IMG/VR virus record: IMGVR_UViG_3300020572_000004
Reading direction: 5' to 3' (one strand)
DNA: 64,000 bases
DNA from: an uncultured virus (IMG/VR IMGVR_UViG_3300020572_000004)
Lineage: Duplodnaviria; Heunggongvirae; Uroviricota; Caudoviricetes
Shown here: in pieces, positions 6,217 to 15,983 of the stretch
Position numbering within the stretch: the first letter of the stretch is position 1
Layout of the letters: the number at the start of each line of letters is the position of its first letter
The notes under the pieces: model-generated
What the model was told of the DNA's origin: nothing
The model's input: only the letters and a program-made list of their open reading frames with translations
The model's database searches: none
Translations under genes and position numbers: made by a program

Positions 6217-6801
6217 TTATACAAGGAAGGTTTTCCACTCTTCTCGAATCTCTACTTTTTCACTTAGTGCTGTAAACTCCACATCATTAAGAATCTTTGG
6301 TTTGACACTGCTGCCTTTGATGTTCTGATATGGAAACTTGTTGCTCTTTTTGCTGTTACACTTTTTGCAACTCAATACAATGTTGCTGTCATCATTGCTT
6401 CCACCTCGACTGCGTGGCAATACATGATCACGTGTTGCAGCCGTAAATGGAATCTTTTTGAGACAGTATTGGCATTCGCCATCATACACATAGTATAGCT
6501 GTCTCAAGTTGATGACACGATTGCGCCTCTTGCCAAAAGTGCCAAACCATCCTGGGATCACTACAATTGTAGGCACAGCCCAGCTGCTATCAACACTGCG
6601 CAACGCTGGATGATCTGGCACAAGATATTCATCATTTGCAATCCAGCTATCCCAATCATGAATATTGCCATACAGGTCATATGCTTTAACGCCGCCCACA
6701 ATCATGTTGCGAACTGTACTGCGCGCACTAAAGAATCCGCAGGCCTGAAAGCCTGCAGTCAAGACGAGTGTGGTTTTTGTTTTGGGCGCTACAGGTGTCA
6801 T
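6217..6801 (-). CDS. HNH endonuclease
   Basis: CQYC...TRDHVLPRSRGG...N...CKKCNSKK. Confidence 0.9.
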   Translation of the reverse strand: MTPVAPKTKTTLVLTAGFQACGFFSARSTVRNMIVGGVKAYDLYGNIHDWDSWIANDEYLVPDHPALRSVDSSWAVPTIVVIPGWFGTFGKRRNRVINLRQLYYVYDGECQYCLKKIPFTAATRDHVLPRSRGGSNDDSNIVLSCKKCNSKKSNKFPYQNIKGSSVKPKILNDVEFTALSEKVEIREEWKTFLV

Positions 6802-6980
6802 TCAACAACCTCCTTACTTTGCCTATCTGCTTGCATGATAGCCTTATCTACAATCGCTTGAAAGGCTTTTAGTTTATCCGCTTCATTGTCCAATAGGTGA
6901 GCAATGTCACGATTATATTTTAGAGAAAGCAGTGTTCCTCTAAGTGCTCCCGCGAGACTAGCGTAAAAATTAGGTGTCAT
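6798..6980 (-). CDS. Hypothetical protein
   Basis: ORF directly downstream of an early promoter; ATGA overlap with the HNH gene. Confidence 0.65.
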   Translation of the reverse strand: MTPNFYASLAGALRGTLLSLKYNRDIAHLLDNEADKLKAFQAIVDKAIMQADRQSKEVVE

Positions 6981-6988
6981 ATTAGTTT

Positions 6989-7143
6989 CCTTACAAGATC
7001 ATTATACTCTAAATCTTGTGCTCTGTAAAGGACTTTTTGCCATAAAATGCATATTTTGCGGTTTTGTTGAATATCAACAAGTTACGGAGGAATGCATTTT
7101 GTCATATTTTTTCCTTTACAAGCTGCACTTTTTGGTTTATAAT
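6989..7143. promoter_or_regulatory. Divergent early promoter pair sharing a central IHF-like box
   Basis: Minus-strand TTTACA-N17-TATAAT at 7029-7001; plus-strand at 7115-7143; TATCAACAAGTTA at 7072-7084. Confidence 0.8.
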
Positions 7144-7150
7144 AATCTTG

Positions 7151-7729
7151 ATGCGAATTGAATACCCACACCCAGGCCAAAAAAAGCCTGAAAACCTAAA
7201 GTATGGGCGGGACATTGTTGTCGCCTTTTGTAAAATCAACAAACTCCCAATTCCGTATATTGTGAATGCTGCTAATACTTCATATTACGGATTTTATGAT
7301 TGGGGCAGCGGGACGATTTCCGTGAATGAAAAAATTGTTTTGACGCCTGTGCGCACGCCTGGGTTTTGCTGGTCATATACTGGATACAAAGCAGACTTGA
7401 CAGGCGCTGGTGTTATTGCTCATGAATGCGGACATTATGTTGATGACATGCTTAAAAAACCTTCAAAGCATATTAAGAAAGCAGTCAAAGGCGAAAAGGC
7501 TGTAAGTCCGTATGAGCCCAATGCTTATGAAGTTTTTGCTGAAAGCATGAAACTTTTTATCCTCAACCCAAACCTATTGAAAGTCGGGCGACCTAAGCGA
7601 TATGCTTTTCTCCGTGAGGCTGGATTAAAACCTCTTATAGGCGACTCATGGGAAACTGTATTGGGCGCTGCTCATCCCAAATTGATTGCTGCAGCGAGAA
7701 ACTGGATTAAGGCTGGACAAAGCAAGTAA
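7151..7729 (+). CDS. Zincin-like metallopeptidase domain protein
   Basis: HECGH plus downstream EVFAE; ATG 7 nt after the -10 box. Confidence 0.75.
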   Translation: MRIEYPHPGQKKPENLKYGRDIVVAFCKINKLPIPYIVNAANTSYYGFYDWGSGTISVNEKIVLTPVRTPGFCWSYTGYKADLTGAGVIAHECGHYVDDMLKKPSKHIKKAVKGEKAVSPYEPNAYEVFAESMKLFILNPNLLKVGRPKRYAFLREAGLKPLIGDSWETVLGAAHPKLIAAARNWIKAGQSK

Positions 7730-7731
7730 AG

Positions 7732-7767
7732 AAAAAGCCGCTGTAAAACAAATTGCAGCGGCTTTTT
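7732..7767. terminator. Bidirectional intrinsic terminator
   Basis: AAAAAGCCGCTG...CAGCGGCTTTTT between convergent genes. Confidence 0.85.
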
Positions 7768-7774
7768 CGTCTCT

Positions 7775-8398
7775 TTAATTGGATTCAGTTTTTTTGGGCT
7801 GTCCAGCCTTTTTAGCTTTTTTCTCCATCAGCTTGCCGCGCTTTTCAAGGCGCTCAAGAACCTGATTTGCATCCAGCCAAATATCTTTATCATTTGTCAT
7901 GTCAACAATTTCCTCAGGTGTAAGGAAGTCGGTATACATGTCTTGAAACAATCCAGTGCTCCATTTGCGCTCATGAACCATGCCATGATACATTTCACCG
8001 CCTTTGCCAACTGTTCCAGCACTATAGTTATGAAACAGGAACATGCTGTGATTGGTAATCATATATTCATCGGCCGACAAGAAGATAAGTGTTGCTGCGC
8101 TCATGCATGCGCCTTCAACACTTACAATGATGTGTGCTTCAGTTTCTTGTAATGCTTGAAGGAATTGAATGGTTGTAAATAAGTTTCCTCCTGGGCAATT
8201 GATATGAATCTTTATTGCATCAGTTTCACGACAGTTGCGAATCTCATGGAACCAACTGATATATTCACTTGGTGATCCAATTTCATCGCTCAGGTAATAC
8301 TCACGTACACATCCATAATCGCTTGAGAAACTGTCTGGTGGTCCACTTGTTAGCAGATCAAGCAGGCCTTTGTTGTTTTTAGTTTTTGTATTATCCAT
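7775..8398 (-). CDS. ClpP-like (S14) serine protease
   Basis: HINCPGG, GACMSAATLIF, FLFHN, DIWLDA motifs. Confidence 0.85.
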   Translation of the reverse strand: MDNTKTKNNKGLLDLLTSGPPDSFSSDYGCVREYYLSDEIGSPSEYISWFHEIRNCRETDAIKIHINCPGGNLFTTIQFLQALQETEAHIIVSVEGACMSAATLIFLSADEYMITNHSMFLFHNYSAGTVGKGGEMYHGMVHERKWSTGLFQDMYTDFLTPEEIVDMTNDKDIWLDANQVLERLEKRGKLMEKKAKKAGQPKKTESN

Positions 8399-9089
8399 GT
8401 CCGAATAGTTTTTTGGTATTGTATTCTTTAATTACTTTTTGCAGTTCAGCCGCCCAAGAGTCTCGCTTTTCTTTAAATACAATAGGAACGGGATTGTCAT
8501 CAATAGCCATAACAATTACAGTACGTGATACTGGTATACCCGTGCGCTCTTCAAACATTATAGCATATGCACACGACTGCACAAAGTAGTTGCTAATCTC
8601 TTCTCGAGTTTTAACACGCTTACTGGTTTTAAAATCAATGACACTAAGTTTTCCTTCATATTCTGCAATTAGATCAACTCTTCCAGCAATTCCAAGATGG
8701 TCACTATATAGTGGTCGTTCCTGCATTACAACGCGTCCAATGTTCTTATCGAGGATTGGTTGAATACTACGGAATAATGCTACAACATGGGGCATCTCAT
8801 CCTTTTTGTATATATCAAGTTCGTTATTAATATACTTCTCAGCAATGGTATGCAGTGCCGTTCCTCGTGCACAGGCATGCCGCGTGATACGGTTAGCTTC
8901 TTCTTCACCTACGCGCCGGCGCCATTCATAGATAGCTTCCTTGCCGCGCGCACCCAATACGGTTGTAATACTAGGATACTTTTTCCCTTCAGGTGTAACG
9001 TATACACGTGTGCCTGGAACGCTAGCATCGCCCAACTCAGCATAACCCAATTCAACAGGATCATGCACAAAAGTTCTGCGCTCATTCAT
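8391..9089 (-). CDS. PD-(D/E)XK exonuclease of T4-like phages
   Basis: YPSITTVL, RGTALH, AGRVDL, IDFKTS, Q..AY. Confidence 0.88.
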   Translation of the reverse strand: MNERRTFVHDPVELGYAELGDASVPGTRVYVTPEGKKYPSITTVLGARGKEAIYEWRRRVGEEEANRITRHACARGTALHTIAEKYINNELDIYKKDEMPHVVALFRSIQPILDKNIGRVVMQERPLYSDHLGIAGRVDLIAEYEGKLSVIDFKTSKRVKTREEISNYFVQSCAYAIMFEERTGIPVSRTVIVMAIDDNPVPIVFKEKRDSWAAELQKVIKEYNTKKLFGHG

Positions 9090-9250
9090 AGCGCACTCCA
9101 ATCAATAAAGATACCTTTTTCCACACTTTTGTCTTTTCGGCTATCAGAATGTTTACTCTTTTTGAGTTTTTTATTTTCAGCGTTATAGTCGTCATCATAA
9201 TATGATTGCTTACGACCATTAGATCCTTTGCTTTTTCGACTCTTTCCCAT
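9086..9250 (-). CDS. 54-aa basic hypothetical protein (absent from the ORF track)
   Basis: MGKSRKSKGS...IFIDWSAL*; ATGA overlap with the exonuclease gene. Confidence 0.65.
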   Translation of the reverse strand: MGKSRKSKGSNGRKQSYYDDDYNAENKKLKKSKHSDSRKDKSVEKGIFIDWSAL

Positions 9251-9255
9251 ATGCG

Positions 9256-9528
9256 TTATCGTGTTTCAATATTTTTCTTTGCGTATCGGCCATTTGCCTT
9301 TTGGATTTTTTTCAGAACATCGTTCCATCCCCTACCGGCGCGTTGCAATACCGTTTGAGCACCGTCATATGAAATGCGAGGCGCACTGCTAATGATGCGT
9401 TTGATTACGCCGGGCCCTTCTGCTGCACATGCTACACAATGCTGTGTCAATGGAACATCACGGTCTGCCATACTCATACTAGCGTCCCATTCATGCTCAC
9501 ACGACGTACATTTAAATGTATAAGTCAT
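9256..9528 (-). CDS. FmdB-like zinc-ribbon protein
   Basis: YTFKCTSCEHEW...CVAC...RIISSAP. Confidence 0.8.
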   Translation of the reverse strand: MTYTFKCTSCEHEWDASMSMADRDVPLTQHCVACAAEGPGVIKRIISSAPRISYDGAQTVLQRAGRGWNDVLKKIQKANGRYAKKNIETR

Positions 9529-9529
9529 A

Positions 9530-9964
9530 TCAAATTAAATTTGGAAATGCAGCACGTACTAAAGACTCCGTAAGCAATGGATACAATTCAGGTAGCTTTT
9601 TATCTTTAGCTGCAATAATTATAATAGCGTCTTTTGCATGTGCTCCCTCAATAAGACGAATAAACAATGTTTCTTTACGAATACTAGACAAACGATCATT
9701 TCGTTTCAATAGGCTTGGCAAAATTTTAATTTGTTGTTTTAATGGAGAAGGTTGCAATCCCGCTGCGTTAGGATCTGGATTGTATGGAGGAGCTCCTGCT
9801 GGAAGATCCAAATGAAGGTCAGGTTTGAATGCTGCCTGCAAAATCATTTGAACTGGTTGTGTAAAATTGTTTCTTAAAACCTCTACACGTTCATCAAGAC
9901 TTGTAGTTTTTTCAAGCAACTCAAATACCTCATGTGGTAACCTATCATTCATTCTTCTAATCAT
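9530..9964 (-). CDS. Conserved T4-like hypothetical protein (DUF6433-like)
   Basis: LPAGAPPY, RKETLFIRLIEGAHAKDA; position next to rnh. Confidence 0.7.
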   Translation of the reverse strand: MIRRMNDRLPHEVFELLEKTTSLDERVEVLRNNFTQPVQMILQAAFKPDLHLDLPAGAPPYNPDPNAAGLQPSPLKQQIKILPSLLKRNDRLSSIRKETLFIRLIEGAHAKDAIIIIAAKDKKLPELYPLLTESLVRAAFPNLI

Positions 9965-9968
9965 ATGT

Positions 9969-10835
9969 TTATTTGGTAAAAAATTCTGATGCACTGCTAA
10001 TAAGCATGTTGCAACGTTTGGATATCAGATAGTTAAGAACCTTACTGTTATTTTTAACCGGAGCTGAATTGTATTCTGTAAGAATAGCATTGCGCACCTC
10101 TGTAGGTGCGCAATCAAGATCAATCACGGTGCGGTTGCGAATATAGTTGCGATATGTTTCTTCAGGCATAACATTTTGCAGCTTGCCTGCTTTATCGGCT
10201 GAGATCCATTCGTCAATCTTGGTTGCACGCAATGCTGTTTGACGAATGCTGTCAGTAAATGTATTGTCGGGACTAAGAACATTAGGTACGCCATCACCGC
10301 TATCGCCTTTGAGAACATGCTCCATCAGATACCTTGCTGGATTTTTATCAGTGATAAGCTTCTTGGTCATTGGACTCCATTGTGCGACATTATCATATCG
10401 CTGCAATTGAATAAAGTCCTTATCCGCACTAATAATCATGACAGGCTCATAGTTGCCAAATTCTTGAGTGGTTTCCACTAGTGCAGCAATAACATCATCG
10501 GCTTCTGCCTTATCAGTTTGTACTACAGTGTATGGCAAATGCTCAACAATTTCGGCTTTGACGTTGTTGAGAATGCGGAAGATTTCCTTCCAGTCCATGC
10601 TGCTTTCTTCACGATTCTTACGGCGGGCTGCTTTATATTGTGGATAGTAATCTTTGCGCCAGCTGCCGCCATCGCAGGCAATAACCATCTTACCATACTT
10701 ATCACGGTACTTAAGGTTATACATGCGCAGGCTATTTAGAATAATATGTCGAAGAAAGTCTTCTTCAATCTTATTGCTCTTTGCTTGGCTAAAGACACTT
10801 GAAATGGCAATGCCACTATAATCGATGAGAATCAT
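9969..10835 (-). CDS. rnh: T4-type RNase H (5'-3' exonuclease)
   Basis: ILID, WRKDYYPQYK, EADD, SADKDF, GDSGDGVPN. Confidence 0.93.
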   Translation of the reverse strand: MILIDYSGIAISSVFSQAKSNKIEEDFLRHIILNSLRMYNLKYRDKYGKMVIACDGGSWRKDYYPQYKAARRKNREESSMDWKEIFRILNNVKAEIVEHLPYTVVQTDKAEADDVIAALVETTQEFGNYEPVMIISADKDFIQLQRYDNVAQWSPMTKKLITDKNPARYLMEHVLKGDSGDGVPNVLSPDNTFTDSIRQTALRATKIDEWISADKAGKLQNVMPEETYRNYIRNRTVIDLDCAPTEVRNAILTEYNSAPVKNNSKVLNYLISKRCNMLISSASEFFTK

Positions 10836-10884
10836 TTTGTTTTGGTTGTTATGTAATTATAATCTAAAAACGAAAGAATGTAAA

Positions 10885-11316
10885 TTACTTTTTCCACAAA
10901 TTTTGTACATGCTTTGAATGAATGCGGCAGCCAATAAATTCATTGTAGTAATCGTCACTTAGGAGCACTTCTCGGTCAAAATGGTACTTTGCTTCAATGT
11001 ATGACAGCTCGCCTTTTGCTTTACCAAACGCAAGTATCTCTCTTGAGAAGGTGTCCTCCCGTTCTTCAACCAACTGCTTAACGAGTTCGCTACTTCCATA
11101 ATATGTTTGCCAATCACTGTGTACAATTTTTTTGCGCTTGCGCTTTGTTCCTTTAAGTGGCGGTAATTTTTTAGTTGTAGTTAATAGCTTCTTACCAATA
11201 TATTTTTTCCCATTGGTATTGTCAGTTACTTCATATATGAATCCGATGTAACCTTCAGCTATCTTTTCAACCGCATGTGTAACGCTAAATACTTCTCCAT
11301 TGTAATACCAATCCAT
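10885..11316 (-). CDS. GIY-YIG nuclease family protein
   Basis: GFIY...KKYIGKK...YYGSS...E...YYN. Confidence 0.8.
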   Translation of the reverse strand: MDWYYNGEVFSVTHAVEKIAEGYIGFIYEVTDNTNGKKYIGKKLLTTTKKLPPLKGTKRKRKKIVHSDWQTYYGSSELVKQLVEEREDTFSREILAFGKAKGELSYIEAKYHFDREVLLSDDYYNEFIGCRIHSKHVQNLWKK

Positions 11317-11326
11317 GTATTATATA

Positions 11327-11539
11327 TCAGAGTAATTCATCATCGGACGAATCAACCTCTCCATTATAATCACGATGAATACCACAGAAAGGGCAATACT
11401 CAGGATATAGCTCTTCTGATTCGTCAAATTGGTCTAGCTCATCTTCATCTTCATTATCATTATAATATTCGCTATTATCATCATCCCAAACAATTTCATA
11501 CACATGTTTGCAACCAGGACATTTATTTGTTTCAATCAT
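11327..11539 (-). CDS. Small acidic zinc-ribbon protein
   Basis: CPGC and YCPFCG flanking a D/E-rich segment. Confidence 0.7.
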   Translation of the reverse strand: MIETNKCPGCKHVYEIVWDDDNSEYYNDNEDEDELDQFDESEELYPEYCPFCGIHRDYNGEVDSSDDELL

Positions 11540-11717
11540 TATCTTTTAATTCTTCTTTACGTTGATAATAAGCTAATATTGGAACTATTGGCCAACTGCA
11601 TAAAAATGCAACGGACGTAATCAATAGTATGATTACTAATAGTGGAACGCTAAACAACGTTCCAACTGCGTACCAGAATGGTGAAAGGCTATCTGCTGAT
11701 GATGGTTTTTCAGTCAT
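11532..11717 (-). CDS. Small membrane protein
   Basis: Long hydrophobic stretch; gene packing. Confidence 0.6.
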   Translation of the reverse strand: MTEKPSSADSLSPFWYAVGTLFSVPLLVIILLITSVAFLCSWPIVPILAYYQRKEELKDND

Positions 11718-13378
11718 TATGCTTCACAGGTTGAACATGTCATGATGCTGCGCGCTAGCTCTTGAGCAGGATTTGCACTACGTTGATAATACAATCCTTT
11801 GATTCCGCTTTCCCACGCAAAAATCATTAGTTCATTTACTTCTTTTGGTTTGGCTTTTGGTGCAATCATTAAATTAAGACTTTGTCCTTGATCTATATAT
11901 CGTTGACGTTGAGCTGCTTGTATAACAATTTCCTTTTGAGGGATTTCACCAAAGGTTTTAAATGTGGCTTTCTCTTCATCCGTTAGTGTTGTCAGATGTT
12001 GAACACTGCCGCCATGAATAAGAATATCACGCCATGTTTCGCTGTTGTCCAACGCTTTGCTCTTAAGTAACTTTGTCAGGTATGGATTCTTATATGTGAA
12101 TTTACCTTTTGCAAGATCTTTAACAAAGTAGTTGCTGTTAAGAGGTTCAATACTTGGACTAACTTGACCGAGAATAAATGAGCTGCTGGTGGTTGGTGCA
12201 ATTGCAATGGTTGTAGCATTGCGCCGCCCATACCCTTTGAGCAATTCAGGTTCGCCATACATCTGCGCAAGTTGCTCTGTAGCAGAGTCACATTTTTCAC
12301 GAAGTGTTTTAAAGATGCCGATATTTTCCATCTTGGCTTCCATACTCTCAAACGGCAAGGCTTTGCTTTGCAAGTAACTATGCCATCCAAGAACGCCTAC
12401 ACCCAATGCGCGCTGATTGATTGCAAACCGACGTGGAGCATCCATGTGCGCCATACCTTCAGTCTTGTCAATGAATTCAGTCATGACACTGTCAAGAAAG
12501 TATACCAACGTTTCAATAGCATCAGTATCTTTCATGTCATCCCAACGCTCAAGGTTGATTGATGATAGATTACAAACAAAGCTTTCGTCTTTACACGTAC
12601 TCAGGTAAATTTCATTGCAAAGGTTGCTTGCATGGATGCGTTTACCTTTGTCCTTGTATACTTGAGGCGCACCATTGTTTGCGGTATCACTAAAGAACAG
12701 GTATGGATAGCCACTTTCAAAACGCTTCTTGATGACTAATCCCCATGTCTTGCGTGCTTCTTTATCGCCATCAATCATGCGCTTCATCCATGCGTCACTA
12801 ACAGTAACACCAATACTCATGTCCTGAATGGTGTGGCCTTCTCCTTTAATTTTTAGGAATTCTTCAATGTCAGGATGGTCAATTGGTAGGTATGCTGCAA
12901 AGCTGCCTCGGCGAACATTGCCTTGAGATACTACACTCATTAGTTTGTCATAAAGCTCCATGAAGTGAACAGCGCCTGTGCTTGTTCCGCCAGTGCTAAT
13001 AGGAGTACCGCGGCCGCGTAGCGCGCCAAAGTATGCACTTGTACCACCTCCATTTTTTGTCATCATGGAGATTTCAGCGATTTTATAACCAGCAATCTCT
13101 TCAAGAGTATCATCAATATATGTACCAAAACAACTGATTGGCAATCCACGCTCACGACCGCTATTACTCCAGATTGGGCTGCTTAGTGAATAGTATCCTT
13201 TGTGTAGATAGCTTTCAAACTTGTCAGCAAATCCAGCGATTCCTAATCGTGTTTCCGCCGCAACAGCAATATCACGCATGCGGCTTTCTGCAGTTTCACC
13301 GTTTTCTTCAAGGACATAACCTCTGCTTAGGAACTTTCGGCTGTCTTTGTTTAGCCAGTAAATATCTTCTGTACTCAT
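11717..13378 (-). CDS. nrdA: Ribonucleotide reductase class Ia alpha subunit (no ATP cone)
   Basis: PISCF, SNLCNEI, VCNLSS, APTTSSS, LYY, C-terminal CxxC. Confidence 0.95.
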   Translation of the reverse strand: MSTEDIYWLNKDSRKFLSRGYVLEENGETAESRMRDIAVAAETRLGIAGFADKFESYLHKGYYSLSSPIWSNSGRERGLPISCFGTYIDDTLEEIAGYKIAEISMMTKNGGGTSAYFGALRGRGTPISTGGTSTGAVHFMELYDKLMSVVSQGNVRRGSFAAYLPIDHPDIEEFLKIKGEGHTIQDMSIGVTVSDAWMKRMIDGDKEARKTWGLVIKKRFESGYPYLFFSDTANNGAPQVYKDKGKRIHASNLCNEIYLSTCKDESFVCNLSSINLERWDDMKDTDAIETLVYFLDSVMTEFIDKTEGMAHMDAPRRFAINQRALGVGVLGWHSYLQSKALPFESMEAKMENIGIFKTLREKCDSATEQLAQMYGEPELLKGYGRRNATTIAIAPTTSSSFILGQVSPSIEPLNSNYFVKDLAKGKFTYKNPYLTKLLKSKALDNSETWRDILIHGGSVQHLTTLTDEEKATFKTFGEIPQKEIVIQAAQRQRYIDQGQSLNLMIAPKAKPKEVNELMIFAWESGIKGLYYQRSANPAQELARSIMTCSTCEA

Positions 13379-13394
13379 AATCTAAAGTTATATA

Positions 13395-14390
13395 TTAGAA
13401 CAAGTCGTCCTCACCAAAGCTCTGATTTTTCTTGCTGTATTCGACTGGGCGTGATGCAAAAAAGTCGGTCATATTGTTGCCATGCAACTGTTCATCAAAC
13501 CACATTGTTTCGGCAATCAATGCTTCATCAATCTCAAATGGTTTACGGAATCCAATTTGCGTCATGCTTTCATTGATACGATTTTTGATAAACTCTTTAA
13601 GAATTGGCGCACTTAGACCAGTTTCATTGATACCATTAATCATCCAATCAACAATTTTACTTTCTGCTTTGTATGCTTCATGTGCAGCCGCAATAATACG
13701 CTCTTCCAATTCATCATCAAACATGTCAGGCAATTCCTGCCTCATGGTATTGATGATTTGAATACCAACAAGTGCATGAATGTTTTCTTCGTTGCGTGTA
13801 TACTTAACTTGTTGGTCAGCATGTGTCAATACATTTTCAAATGTCTTAAACCAATTGATAACATAAAACTGGCTAAATAAGCTAACATTCTCAACAAACA
13901 ATGTAAAAAGAGTTAGTGCATAAAGATATTGTTTATTGCTGTCCTTATAAAAACGGTGTGTATATTTCTTTAGGTATTTGACACGCCCTTGAATCCATTC
14001 CAATTTAAGATTCTCCTCAAAGATGTCTTCCATATCCAATACACTAATCAAACGCTCATAGGCATTGTTGTGAATCACTTCAGTATTGGCCATAACAAAA
14101 CCAAGATCTTGCAATGATGGATGCGGCAAGTTATCACCCAACTTAGCCCAAAAGGTTTTGACTGCAACCTCAATTTGACCAATAGCACTTAGCGTACGTA
14201 TAACAATTTCACGGCGGCGATCATCAAGAACTGTTTTAAAGTCATGTAAGTCAGGTTGAAATGAAAATTCTTTGTCGGTCCAAAACCCGGAATGCATAGC
14301 TTCAATAAAACCCTCGGTCCATGGGTAGCGGTTTGGTTTACGTGAGATTTGCTCATCAAAGATGGTCATTTTGGTATTGTCGGGATTCAT
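13395..14390 (-). CDS. nrdB: Ribonucleotide reductase class Ia beta subunit
   Basis: FW, EVIHNNAY, ENVSLFSQF, EENIH, DFF...EY. Confidence 0.95.
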   Translation of the reverse strand: MNPDNTKMTIFDEQISRKPNRYPWTEGFIEAMHSGFWTDKEFSFQPDLHDFKTVLDDRRREIVIRTLSAIGQIEVAVKTFWAKLGDNLPHPSLQDLGFVMANTEVIHNNAYERLISVLDMEDIFEENLKLEWIQGRVKYLKKYTHRFYKDSNKQYLYALTLFTLFVENVSLFSQFYVINWFKTFENVLTHADQQVKYTRNEENIHALVGIQIINTMRQELPDMFDDELEERIIAAAHEAYKAESKIVDWMINGINETGLSAPILKEFIKNRINESMTQIGFRKPFEIDEALIAETMWFDEQLHGNNMTDFFASRPVEYSKKNQSFGEDDLF

Positions 14391-14410
14391 ATGGTTAAAG
14401 GAAAATTAGC

Positions 14411-14440
14411 AAAAAAATAGGCTACTTTACTGTAGCCTAC
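14411..14440 (-). terminator. Intrinsic terminator
   Basis: TAGGCTAC/GTAGCCTA stem with U-tract. Confidence 0.7.
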
Positions 14441-14504
14441 CTTCTATATAAATTATATATTGAATTTCTGAGTATGTAAATCTTTATTTTACATTTTGCG
14501 AATT

Positions 14505-15026
14505 TTAGGCACCTTTCTTTTCAACATACTTCTTGAGCTTAACATAGTAGTCAGGATCTTCTGCCAAATGATGCTTAGCTATTATGGTAGCAATTTCTTT
14601 ATGAGGCGTATGTTCTGATTCTACCTCTATCCCCACTGTTAATTGTTCAGCATCATAATCAATTTGAGTGTCTACTGGTTTAAAGAATCCTTTAAACTCT
14701 GCCATTTTTGCGTCTGCTTCATTGAGTGCACGACGGCGGATACTACGCATTGCACCAGTATCTCCATTGCGCAACACAATGGTATGATCACGATTTTTCA
14801 TTGCATAATCATAAATTGCTTTTTCAGAGTCATCTTGCAGATTTAAGTATTTGCTCCAGCGCTCAAAGCGATTGCGACCGGTTTCAAATTTACGAAATGT
14901 ATCGCTATTAACATCAAACTGCATAAACTTTTTACGGCGAATCATAGTGTCGCTGTTGTCATGCGGGCGATTGCCAGTCGCTGGCAATGCTACATTTGCA
15001 GTGGTTGTATCTTCTTTAGCATTCAT
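14505..15026 (-). CDS. Hypothetical protein with C-terminal DUF5661-like domain
   Basis: GIEVESEHT...IAKHHLAEDPDYY. Confidence 0.7.
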   Translation of the reverse strand: MNAKEDTTTANVALPATGNRPHDNSDTMIRRKKFMQFDVNSDTFRKFETGRNRFERWSKYLNLQDDSEKAIYDYAMKNRDHTIVLRNGDTGAMRSIRRRALNEADAKMAEFKGFFKPVDTQIDYDAEQLTVGIEVESEHTPHKEIATIIAKHHLAEDPDYYVKLKKYVEKKGA

Positions 15027-15607
15027 CTTTTAAGGTCGTATGGTGTTACAAATAGTGTCTGTCGAGTTTTTACATGGCATGCTTCATAAACCGGCACACC
15101 TAAAATTGATCCAACTGCAATTGCATTTTCTTTTACAACCACTTGGGTATTTATAATTTGAAGTTCTTCGCCTGTGGTTGCAAATGCAATATTTCTTGCA
15201 AGTGTATACACACCGCTTTGGAGTGTTGAGTCCTCGTTGATATACCATGTGCTTTCAATCAAGCTATTCATATCAATGTCAACGCCAGTAACCTCATGCA
15301 ATATACTATGGATTCTTTTGTCGCTGATGCCCGTATGTTCTTTAATAAGCCATAGCGCAGCAAGATAGCTAGCTACGGTGGTTTTACCAAATGGAATCTT
15401 GTTGAGCAAACGCTTGATGCGAAATACTAATCGGTGAAAGATGTTGTATTTGCTGCGTTCGCTCATGTCGATTGGCTTACGCAGTATCTTTCCTTCAGCA
15501 TCAATTATGCCCAGCTTGTAAGCTCCTGTTTTTTCCCAAGGAGTTGTAAGCAGTCGCAGAAAACGAAATGCAAAGTATGTGTCTGTAGCAGTTGAAAAGA
15601 ATCCCAT
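15023..15607 (-). CDS. Conserved T4-like hypothetical protein
   Basis: FRFLRLLTTPWEKTGAYKLGIID motif. Confidence 0.7.
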   Translation of the reverse strand: MGFFSTATDTYFAFRFLRLLTTPWEKTGAYKLGIIDAEGKILRKPIDMSERSKYNIFHRLVFRIKRLLNKIPFGKTTVASYLAALWLIKEHTGISDKRIHSILHEVTGVDIDMNSLIESTWYINEDSTLQSGVYTLARNIAFATTGEELQIINTQVVVKENAIAVGSILGVPVYEACHVKTRQTLFVTPYDLKR

Positions 15608-15614
15608 AATGTAT

Positions 15615-15983
15615 TTATAATTTTTGAAGAACACGCGCTACGCGCAAGTCAATTGGTATATTAAGATACTGATCTTCAGGTATATAGTTAAGATACAATA
15701 AAAAAGTTTTTAGTGTTGGCCAATGTGTTTCTTTAATTTTAAAAAAGCACATGCGCGTTGCAGCAGAGATATTAAACACGTTGTGCATAATGATCAAATG
15801 GTTTAAAATTAGTCGCTCCTGAAGTATACTTTTTTCTTGGTATTTGTTTAGAAGCTTTTTGATATATTTAAGACGATTAAGGTCCTCATGAAATTCTTTT
15901 ACATCAAGGCAGCGTGGATTGTTATAATTGGTAGCTGCATACAGTAGAAAATTCTTTTCTGTCAAGTCATGCGTACGTTTCAT
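15615..15983 (-). CDS. Conserved T4-like hypothetical protein
   Basis: LTEKNFLLYA..NYNNP.C...ERLILNH motif. Confidence 0.7.
   Translation of the reverse strand: MKRTHDLTEKNFLLYAATNYNNPRCLDVKEFHEDLNRLKYIKKLLNKYQEKSILQERLILNHLIIMHNVFNISAATRMCFFKIKETHWPTLKTFLLYLNYIPEDQYLNIPIDLRVARVLQKL

Noticed and set aside
8391..9089. CRISPR-associated Cas4
   Set aside because: No Fe-S cysteine cluster pattern, and no cas genes or array; it fits a generic T4-like PD-(D/E)XK exonuclease.
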